From: Octopus vulgaris
Lineage: Eukaryota
Direction of reading: 5' to 3'
NCBI GenBank assembly: GCA_951406725.2
Contig: OX597820.1
Coordinates: 85,250,001-85,314,000, forward strand
Length of the DNA: 64,000 nucleotides
The translations under genes were made by a program, and so were the position numbers. Below the pieces are notes generated by a model, which did not search any database, was not told the DNA's origin, and worked only from the letters and a program-made list of their open reading frames with translations. Shown piece by piece: positions 54,086-64,000 of this stretch (the stretch's first letter is position 1; every line of letters starts with the position of its first letter).

Positions 54086-54179
54086 GTATAAATATGTTTT
54101 TATGAATATTTATGTATATGTAAAAGTGAGTATATATGTATGTATTTATATTTATAACTTAACCTTATGAACATTCTAA

Positions 54180-54306
54180 ACTCTCTGACGAAGCTCAGAG
54201 GCACACCTAAGTACCTTAATCTTATCTACCAAATACTTCAGTTCTCTGAAGGGATGGAAATAAAGTCGGATACTATGACCTATAGGCTGAAACAGCTGTA
54301 AGAAAC
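54180..54306 (+). ncRNA. Probable type I hammerhead with a ~97-nt helix II domain, in a (TA)n-flanked element (~54120-54660)
   Basis: tct-CTGACGA(54185-54191)-agct...ggct-GAAA(54289-54292)-CAGCTG-TA-aga. Palindromic helix III; helix I is weak. Confidence 0.6.
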
Positions 54307-54672
54307 TATTTTACTTTCTATGTTCCACGGTGTATATATTAATAATTATTGCTAGTTTTTATATGTGTGAAGCATATGTTATACATGTATGTATATTGTT
54401 ATAATTTCTTTTTTAAATAAATAAATAAATAGAGACAGTATAATGTCTAAAAGTTGATGAATACCACCTCATGATTCCCTTATTGCCATATAAATTCAGA
54501 GTAAAACAACTTTTTATCCTCACTCAGTTATTACATTCAATAGAGTAATTGCCATGCAATGAAAAACACTTGTGTACTAATAACTGGATATTCTACCAGA
54601 AGTATATTGGATATATATTACCCCTTAGTTGGTTGGATTCACAACCTCTAACTCTCTTGGAATATATATGCA

Positions 54673-54703
<31 letters not shown>

Positions 54704-54731
54704 CATATATATTATATATATATATATATAT

Positions 54732-55135
54732 AGGCGCAGGAGTGGTTGTGTGGTAAGAAGCTTGCTAACTAACCACATGGTTCCGGGTTCAGTCCCACTG
54801 CGTGGCATCTTGGGCAAGTGTCTTCTGCTATAGCCCAGGGCCGACCAATGCCTTGTGAGTGGATTTGGTAGATGGAAACTGAAAGAAGCCTGTCGTATAT
54901 ATGTATATATGTGTATGTGTGTGTGTTTGTGTGTGTGTGTTTGTCCACCTAGCATTGCTTGTCAAACGATGCTGGTGTGTTTACGTCCTCGTCACTTAGC
55001 GGTTCGGCAAAAGAGACTGATAGAATAAGTACTGGGCTTACAAAGAATAAGTCCCGGGTCGATTTGCTCGACTAAAGGCGGTGCCCCAGCATGGCCGCAG
55101 TCAAATGACTGAAACAAGTAAAAGAGAAATAAGAG
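54732..55135 (+). mobile_element. tRNA-derived SINE, family C (full length)
   Basis: ggcgcaggagtggttgtgtggtaag...ccgggttcagtccc...(TG)n...ggccgcagtcaaatgactgaaacaagtaaaagag. Confidence 0.92.
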
Positions 55136-56269
55136 TATATGTGCGTGTGTGTGTGTGTGTGTGTGTATGTGTGTGTACGTATATGTGAGTGAGTGTGTGT
55201 GTGTTAATATACTAAACCTCCGGCATAGGGTCACGTAAAGAATAACAGGAAGGATACGTAATACATGCATACAAGGACAAATCTTTCATCGGTTTCAACT
55301 AAATATCAACAAGATTTCAACACTGAAGAGCTTTCACTCCACATAGCAAAGAAAGAGACTTCCATTCGTAATACAGAGTATATATGATTTTATTACCCTA
55401 AAAATCAGGAGGATTTACTTAGAGACACAGAGATTCGTAAGAAAATACTTTTCAAACTTTGCGAGTCTACATATATAATGTTCGCTACTTTGAGATGGGA
55501 ACGAACGATTTAATGAAAGGCGTCTTATTAACGTTTTAAATAGGCGTCTTTAGAAGAATGCTCATATTTAGAGATGATTGCTTTTAACAAGTAGCTTGGT
55601 CATTATCGCCAGACATAGATAGCTGGGCGCAATTGTTTAAGAAGGAAGGTGAAGCAAAGATAGAGAGTGCGCTGGAGAAAGAGAGAGAGAGAACGGAAGG
55701 GAGGGTAAGAGAAACAGTTCCAATAATTATATCTTACTTCATCTTGAGTCTCGATATTAATTAAAAGTATGGAATTAATAACACGGCTTTGATATTTGAT
55801 GATAGAACATGTTACTGTTCAGCAGATATACGGTTGATAGTTTCAACGATTGATGACGATTGATGACCATCCTTATCAATATCATTATAATCACAACTAT
55901 CATCACGGTCAACTTTATCATTAACATGATCACCGTCATCAACATCATCATTTTTATCAACATTAAATTTACCTTCATGATCTTCTTACTCCTTCTCACC
56001 CACCACGCCTCCTATTACCCACTTCCTCCTCATCGTTATCCTTAACATCGTTATAATCAATGTCCTCGATTGCACCAACAGCATCACTATTATCATTATT
56101 GTCCGTGTCCCCCTCCTTCCATTTTCTATTATCATCATTATCAGCGATTTTCATCTACTCTTTTACTCTTTTACTCTATTTAAGTTTATATTTCTTCATT
56201 CACAGCTCCTCACCCTGTTCTCTCTCCTCTTCGTTCTTTTCCTCCTTTTTTTACTTCATCTTTGTGTTC

Positions 56270-56306
56270 AACAACATCTACTACTACTACTACAACAACA
56301 ACAACA

Positions 56307-56346
<40 letters not shown>

Positions 56347-56550
56347 TTACAATTCCTGCTGCTGCTACTACAACTGCTCAACCGTCACTACAATTACTGT
56401 TGCTATCAAACTCATCAGCAACACTACCACCACCTTCACCACCCCTTCCACTACTACTACTGCTACTACTACTACTATTACTGCTGCTGCTGCTGCCACA
56501 ACTACCACTACAACTGCTGCTGCTGCTACTACTACCACTACTACTAGTAC
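56270..56550. repeat. Compound trinucleotide repeats (CAA/CTA/CTG)n
   Basis: Seen directly. Explains the poly-T/Y/L ORFs. Confidence 0.95.
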
Positions 56551-56940
56551 ATGCCTGTAATTCGTTTTGGGTTTTTTTTCTTATCCTTGCTTCTCGACAT
56601 TTCTTTTTCCTTTTTTTGCCATAAAGCTAACATATTTGCTGCATTAAACGAAGAAATTTAATTAATTAAAATTACACATTTAGTGATGAGGACAATCATT
56701 ATCTAAATTACTGGTTCTGTTATAAAAAAAAAAAAAGCCACAGCAGTGACAAGCCCAACATTTAAATTAAAACCAATTAAAAGTGAAACAGTGAGATGGA
56801 GTGAAGCTGAACGTGTAATTTTGTGTTGAAAACTATAGACATCTTTTAGACTTATTAAATTTCATGGGTTAGTTTAACTGTTATATCAGGTATTATGTCT
56901 GGAGAAGGGTTTAGAGGATTTTGCAAATGAATATGTATTG

Positions 56941-57360
56941 GCGCAGGCGTGTCTCTATCATTAGAAGCTTACTTCCCAACTACATGGTTCCGAGTCCAGT
57001 CCCTCTCCGTGTAACGTTGGGTAAATGTCTTCTACTATAGCCTCAACCCTACCGATGTTGTGATTGGATCTGGGAACCGGAAACTGAAAGAAACCCGTTA
57101 TGCATGTGTGTCTGTGCGCGTGTGTGTGCGTGTGTGTATGTGCGTGTCTTTGTGTCTGTGTTGTCCCCTCACCACAACTTGACAACCGGTGTTGGTGTGT
57201 TTACGTCCCTATAACTTAATATTTCGGCAAGAGTGAACGATAGCCTAAGCACTAGACTTTCAAAAAAAGGTCCTGGGTTCGACTTATTCGACTAAAACCA
57301 TTTATGATGGTGCCCCAGCATGACCGCATTCAAACAATAAATAAGTAAAACATAAAAGAT
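56941..57360 (+). mobile_element. tRNA-derived SINE, family C (older copy)
   Basis: Colinear with 54732-55135 but more diverged. Confidence 0.85.
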
Positions 57361-57785
57361 AAATATTGGCATTTAACTAGAGGAAAAACACATAAAGGCG
57401 CCTGCTGTGTGGAAATTTGGAACTCTAATCACACCAATTCCCGTACTTAACATCAATTTCTTCAGCACTCACACCACGCTCACCAACATTATAAAGGCCA
57501 TCATCCATTCTACCATCAACATCATAGTCATCATGAAACCCACTGCTATTATTAGTACCACCGTCACCATGGTCTTTATCATCATCATCATCATCATCAT
57601 TTGTCGCGAAAGCATGGCGGTGTGCGTTCAACACTCATGCTCCAAAATTAAATATTAGACTACTTTCTTTAGTTAATACACGCTGATCACTTATAAGCCT
57701 TAAGCTTATAAATAATATTATCATTGTTTACAGAATTGTAGCATTCGAGACCGCTTACCAAGTCATCGCAGAATATATATATATA

Positions 57786-58531
57786 TTCATGGGAAACATG
57801 TATTTTCGTGGTTGAAACCTTTTGGATTAACTGGTGCTAGAGTGAGCCACATATTGACCACTCTCTTATATTTATTTTGTAAAAATATTATAATATGTTA
57901 TAAAATATTATAATAATCCAGGTTTCTCGGAGCACTAGGCCACTTGGTGTTGAATAGATATACTATTAAATTAGTATCTAATTCTCTCACCCTTATTAAT
58001 TAATTATAATTATGCTGCATTTATTTCTAAATGCTGTATTTGTTTTCCGTGAAAGTTTGGCGCGCTGTTAGTTGGGGCATTTGAATTATAACGTCGGATG
58101 TAATCAATTGAACCACACGCGTATTTATCGTTATGGTAAAATCTGGCGTGTGATTGAGTGGATTTCATCCAGATAGTTTTGGCTGACGAGCTACAAATGG
58201 ATTTTTTTTGTAAGTAAAATTACATTTAATTCATTAATAGCGAAACAATTGTCCCAAAATAATCAGTATTTTTGTTATTTTTTATTTGCCCTGTCCGTGT
58301 GAGCTAACAATCGTACTGACTTTCATGGGAAACATGTATTTTCGTGGTTGAAACCTTTTGGATTAACTGGTGCTAGAGTGAGCCACATATTGACCACTCT
58401 CTTATATTTATTTTGTAAAAATATTATAATATGTTATAAAATATTATAATAATCCAGGTTTCTCGGAGCACTCGGCCACTTGGTGTTGAATAGATATACT
58501 ATTAAATTAGTATCTAATTCTCTCACCCTTA

Positions 58532-58538
<7 letters not shown>
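57786..58538 (+). mobile_element. Partial-tandem (about 1.4 x 536 bp) hammerhead-bearing non-coding element
   Basis: 57786-58002 is repeated almost exactly at 58322-58538. (TA)n on both sides; HHR in the unique part. Confidence 0.88.
58176..58260 (+). ncRNA. Type I hammerhead ribozyme, extended helix II
   Basis: gttttgg-CTGACGA(58183-58189)-gcta...tagc-GAAA(58242-58245)-CAATTG-TC-ccaaaat. Palindromic helix III; GTC triplet 58251-58253. Confidence 0.88.
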
Positions 58539-58587
<49 letters not shown>

Positions 58588-58699
58588 GTAAAGAGTGAAA
58601 AAACTACAGAAGGCTTGTTTTATAAGGTTAAAGAATATATTTGAGTCAGTATGTTAGAAGAATGTTGTAAAATATTTTCATACAGTAATATAGTTTTTG

Positions 58700-58738
58700 A
58701 AGAAATTACCCGTTTCGTGTTGACTTTTCAAATTTCTC
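58700..58738 (-). ncRNA. Minimal hammerhead, U3-A8 variant (inverted pLTR)
   Basis: Minus strand gagaaat-TTGAAAA-gt-caac-ac-GAAA-cggg-TA-atttctt. Confidence 0.5.
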
Positions 58739-59116
58739 AAATGTCTTTATCTACATCGTGTTATGTCTTCGTTTTGCAGTGCAAAGGAGAGTTCCAGGTA
58801 GGGGGACGTAATAAGCGATTTCTTCCGGTATAAGGGAGATAATCGCTTTATATTTCTTTTCCCTTTATTTAATGGGGTGAGTTTCTCTGTATAAGAATAT
58901 TAAAGTGGTTAAGTTTAGGCTTATATTTTTCAATGAAGAATGTTTCCTTGCGTAATCTAATTTGTGTTGGTGTTCCAATAGAACATTGATAGAATGGAAA
59001 GATAAAAACATTTGGTAGTAGTTGCTTTGCGCATTTCTCGATATGCTCACTAAAGGGTATCATTCTGTATTCTGGGAATGCAATCTGTTGTCGATGCAGA
59101 GTGCTTCTACGTCTGA

Positions 59117-60185
59117 GTGGACGACCAGTGCACAACAAATGAAACACACCAGGACATCATACGTACACAAATCAACCCAACAAAAAGAAAATTAGGAAAC
59201 ATTTGGAATATAAACCTGCACAATAGAAAACTCGCCTTCTCGAACATGATAAAAAATTCCAACAAATCAGATATATACGAGGGATGGATGAACTCAACAC
59301 CAATTATCCTCCCACGCAAATTCGAGATCAAAATAATACCCAACGAACCTGACAGACAGAGAGCTATTAGGGAAAGGTCAGCTCTATTCAATTTAAAATC
59401 AGAGATAGTATTACTAAGACTTAGGGCCTCCACTAATGAGGAAAAATTTAAAAACATCGACGAGGAGATGCATAGTGAAATACAGAAACCAACCGAGGGA
59501 CAACCCCTCGAAAATACCATAAAGCATTGGAAAGAAATCTGTGAAAAGGAAGAAAAAAATATTCTCTCCTACGCTGAGAAAAAAGCAACGATTTCTTCCA
59601 AAGATATGCGTCAATTTTCAAAAAAGGATTGGGTACAGATAATCCTTTTCTAAAGAAAATAACAAGAAATAAAAAAGAAAAACTGAACAACCCACAAACC
59701 ACCCCCAACTATCCTCCATACTCTAGAAACAGAAATCACCCACAACCAACATTTTGAACCACGCAAGACCTAACAGGGAACAAGGTGACAGACAACGCAT
59801 TTATGAAATAGATTACACCAAGAACAGAACACGCCAACAACATCCTAATACCAGACCTAACCACCACATAACAGCACAAAATAACACTAGAATAAGAAAC
59901 ACACCACACACAAGTCGCTACTACTCCATTAACCAAAATTACTTGTCCCCACCGAACACAAGACAAACGCAAAAAAACACTAAGTCAAGCAACATCCCAC
60001 ATACAAGCAATTCGAAACAAAAATATATCACATACAGAAATTTTACACACACCACAAACGAAAACAACCATAGATTCCCACACACACACAACAATCGGAG
60101 GCAACAATACCACCGTCCCCCGAACCAATATCACACAATCTCACAGACAACTCATACAAACAAAATTACATCTAACATTTTTTAG
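59117..60185 (+). pseudogene. PLE upstream ORF / N-terminal region (helical, then basic low-complexity), frameshifted
   Basis: ORFs 59117-59653 (charged, helical-looking: RERSALFNLKSEIVLLRLRASTNEEKFKNIDEEM) and 59754-60185 (R/N/T/H-rich). Same A/C-rich strand bias as the RT region. Confidence 0.6.
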
Positions 60186-60186
60186 C

Positions 60187-62516
60187 CCGGGACCAAAGAC
60201 ACCAGGACACAGGCTGGAACCTAGTAATAAGGAAAAACCGAAGATAATCAACCTTTCAACCAAACCTCTCTCTAACATAAAAATTGACATCCTCTCAAAA
60301 GGGCTCCAATTTACGCCAACTCCACGCAGAGCCAACCAAAATGAAATCAAGGATAATATAACAGAATTCTGCTGAAAATTAAGACTAGCAGAAGCATCAA
60401 CCAGTTTCAATACTGAAGATGAATCACTAGTCAAGAACAAAAGTGACCACATCCCCCACAGAAGAAGAAATAAAAATCTTGACCAGTTCTGCAGCCACAT
60501 TGAGAACTTTCCCTACCATACTATACATAAACAGACAGTTAACTCAAATTTTAGCACTGCACAATGGAAGGAACTGATAGAACTTCAAAATGATGAAGAT
60601 ATAACCATTAAGGAAGCAGACAAAGAAGTGCAGTTGTAATAATGGATACATTATACTATAGAAATCTTGTAATTTCCTTGCTTGATGACAATCAACATTA
60701 TGAAAAAATCACCAACTACACCCCGCAAAAAATAATGAAAACTCTGTCTTCACTAATTAAAACCCATGAAAAGGAACTAACAACAAAAAAGATTGACTTT
60801 CTAACAAACTTTAAATGCAAGCCTGGCCTCTTCTATGGTCTGCCAAAAATACATAAAAGCCAAATTATAAATGAAACCATTAAAAAATCACCAAAGACAT
60901 ACATACACACACCTAACCCGGGGGACCTAATACTACGACCCATTGTAGCTGGCCCAACCTGTGAAACACACAGATTAAGTCTATTTATGAACATCCTCCT
61001 GAAACCCTTCCTTAAACGTATCGATAGTCATATCAGAGATGACTTGGATATGTTAAACCACCTTCCAAAAATAGTCAAGGAAGAAACAATCATGGTTTCA
61101 TTTGATGTAGTTAATTTATATACCAGTATACCTCATAATTATGGACTAGAGGCAATACAGTTCTGACTGGACCAATTTCCGGAGGAAATACCAAAAAGTA
61201 TCAGTAAAGAATTCATTACTAAATCGGTTGAATTCATCCTACATAATAACCACTTCATGTTTGACAATACATTTCACCGTCAAAAATCCGGAATTGCTAT
61301 GGGTACAAGGGCAGCACCAGTCATTGCGAACCTAACAATGGGCTACCTGGAAATAATTATATACCAGGAATCTTTATCGACCTTTGGAAACCCCCTCTCT
61401 CAATACATAAAAGAGAATTGGAAAAGATTCCTGGACGATAGTTTTATACTCTGGAATGAAAACACAGATAAACTCCTAAAATTCAAAAACCTATTGAACA
61501 GCATCAACCCAACTATACAGTTCACAATAGAATACAACCAAAAGGAGTTTCCATTCTTAGAAATACTAATTAAAAAAACTAACCTTAAAATAGAAACAGA
61601 CATATTCTACAAAGCCACAGACGCTAAACAATACCTACTTTTTGATTCATGCCACCCGAGACACACTAAAACAAATATCCCTTTCAACCTTGCAAGAAGG
61701 ATATGCACAATAGTGTCAGAACAAAATACCAGGAACTTTAGACTACAAGAACTCAAAAACACCCTAATTGACAGACACTACCCAGCTCAACTCATAGAGG
61801 TTGAGATCAGACGTGCAACAGAAATGGACATAGAAACTTTGAGAAAAGTTCAACACAACAACACACCTTCCCCGAAAATACTGCCTTACATATCCACATA
61901 CAACCCCAGAAACAAAGAAGCCTTCACCATCATCACCCAGAATTTACCAATACTTCATAAGGACCTCAAATTAAAGGAAATTATAAACATACACCAAATC
62001 ATTAAAAGCTACAAACAACCTAAATCACTTAAAAAGATCCTCACGAAGGCAAAATTGTTTTCTGAAATTACGGATGCAAAAGTAAAAAAATGTGGTAGAC
62101 CAAACTGCGCAACATGCCCCAACCTTCTAGAAGGATCAGAATTCCTTTTCAATGAGGGACAAAAATTTAAGATCAGATCTAATTTTACTTGTGCTTCTGA
62201 AAACATAATTTATGTCATAAGGTGCTCGGGCTGCCACAAAAACTACGTGGGGTCCACGGGACTATCACTCAGACGTAGATGCACTCTGCATCGACAACAT
62301 ATTGCATTCCCAGAATACAGAATGATACCCTTTAGTGAGCATATCGAGAAATGCGCAAAGCAACTACTACCACAATTTTTAATCTTTCCATTCTATCAAT
62401 GTGCTATAAGGACACCAACACAAATTAGATTATACAAGGAAACATTCTTCATTGAAAAATATAAGCCTAAACTTAACCATTCTAATATTCTTATACAGAG
62501 AAACTCACCCCATTAA
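60187..62516 (+). pseudogene. PLE reverse transcriptase + GIY-YIG endonuclease (disrupted; 61257-62516 still open)
   Basis: IINLS...LSKGLQFTPTP, IKEADK (frameshift ~60625), FYGLPKIHK, RPIVAG, SFDVVNLYTSIP, GIAMGTRAAP, RFLDDSF, YLLFDSCHP, KCGRPNCATC and NIIYVIRCSGCHKNYVGST. Premature TGA stops at ~60373 and 61164. Confidence 0.95.
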
Positions 62517-62647
62517 ATAAAGGGGAAAAGAAATATAAAGCGATTATCTCCCTTATACCGGAAGAAATCGCTTATTACGTCCCCCTACCTGGAACTCTCC
62601 TTTGCACTACATAACGAAGACATAACACGGTGTAGATAAAGACATTT

Positions 62648-62686
62648 GAGAAATTTGAAAAGTTAACACGAAACCGGTAATTTCTT
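62648..62686 (+). ncRNA. Minimal hammerhead, U3-A8 variant, in the PLE 3' UTR/pLTR
   Basis: gagaaat-TTGAAAA-gt-taac-ac-GAAA-CCGG-TA-atttctt. 7-bp helix I; palindromic ACCGGT. Confidence 0.65.
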
Positions 62687-64000
62687 CAAAAACTATATTA
62701 CTGTATGCAAAAATTTTATAACATTCTTCTAACATACTGACTCAAATATATTCTTTAACCTTATAAAACAAGCCTTCTGTAGTTTTTTCACTCCTTACAA
62801 TTTTCTATATATATATATATATATACACATAAATATAATTTGAATTAGAGATATAACCACTATTAAGCAATACAAACAGTGATAGACATAAACCAAAACA
62901 TAAAAGTCAAAAATAAATTTAATTAATATAATATACAAAATATATATAAAATATGAAATTTAGAATTTAAATTAATGAAATTTGAAATTTTTAAATTTAT
63001 ATTTATAAATTTTTATATTTTTATATTGCAAATTTTTAAACTTTTAAACTTTTAAACTATTTTTTTCAAAAACTAACCAAAAAGTATTTAAGACTTGGTG
63101 AAGGGAATAGCAGATACCAAATTCGGATATACATATTTTATCCTTATGAAAACTTGAGTGCCTACTAAAGAATGTTGTTGAGTCCAGTTGTGTATAAACT
63201 GAAACTGAGTCATTTTTTAACTTCATTTCATCACACGTTTGTCATTTCGTATCCTATAATATTTTATAATCAATGCGACACAATCACCCCTAGTGTTCAT
63301 GTTCTTCATCTTACTAAACTGTATTTTTGTAGCATATGTTGTAAGCAAGGAATAACTAAATTACCAGTACCGCCATAATTTGTTAAAGATTTATGTATAT
63401 GTCTGCATTTACACAACTACAGACACATGCACACACATATCTGCGTATATATATATATATATATATATAAATTTTAGTGGAGTCACTCTCTTACTACTCC
63501 GAGGTTTAGCCTGCGTATACATAGTACATTCAAGCAAGTAACGGCTGAAGAATAGATGACATTTACAAACATATATAATATATACATGTAGGATTTCTAC
63601 CGTGAGCTATGATAGTGCAGGGGAAATAAGAAAATGGACGTAAATAGTAAAACAAAAAGAAGCAAAAAAGGAAAAGAAATGAGGAGAAAACCAAAACGAA
63701 AAAATTATAATGTATTGAAGAAATGAGAAAATAGAAAAGAGTGGGAAGAAGAGGGAAGGAAGTTGTATTATTGCAGGTAGAATGAAATAGGATAGGCAGG
63801 TGTTAGAATTGTGTGAGACAATTCAGAGGAAGTTGTAAATGAAAGCGTACGTGCAACTGAAACCAAGGGAATTGCCGATGGTTGGTAAGCATTTAAAAGC
63901 TGAAAGAAAAATGTATATAAATAAGATTAAAAAATGTAGAGAAGAATAAAGAAAAAGAAATTGTGATGACTAGCGTAGGGTGAATAAAGGTTCTGTGCAG

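Larger units (their letters stand above)
58580..62806 (+). mobile_element. Near-full-length Neptune-type Penelope-like retroelement with an inverted 3' segment at its 5' end
   Basis: 58580-59118 is the reverse complement of ~62266-62806. The body encodes an N-terminal region, RT, Cys knuckle and GIY-YIG. (TA)n on both flanks. Confidence 0.95.

Noticed and set aside
56060-56624. Mucin-like Thr/Ala-rich ORFs
   Set aside because: Explained by compound trinucleotide repeats; no splice or domain support.

Overview
AT-rich, microsatellite-dense animal genomic DNA. The SINE families look like those of octopods, so this is most likely Octopus; that is an inference from recalled repeat sequences, not a database hit. 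Almost all ORF-track calls are translations of (TA)n/(CA)n tracts or chance frames. No host gene is confidently recognisable; there is one candidate terminal coding exon at 5090-5267. Decayed transposons fill the window: a hAT transposase, three mariner remnants, a Tigger-type MITE, a Gypsy integrase remnant, CR1-like and RTE LINE fragments, and about 15 tRNA-derived SINEs. The most notable content is a set of Penelope-like elements (PLE) and hammerhead ribozymes (HHR). There is a near-full-length Neptune-type PLE (RT + Zn-knuckle + GIY-YIG, 58.6-62.8 kb) and a truncated, folded-back relative (36.2-37.7 kb), both carrying minimal HHRs with a compensatory U3-A8 core. There are also several non-coding HHR-bearing elements of other families, including a very young array of 493-bp units (38.3-40.3 kb; one inverted plus about three direct). 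Each unit holds a type I HHR with an unusually long helix II, and a diverged copy at 4.1-4.5 kb shows compensatory base changes. This fits a non-autonomous, retrozyme-like circular-RNA family mobilised by a PLE into (TA)n tracts. All structures were read by eye and none has been tested.
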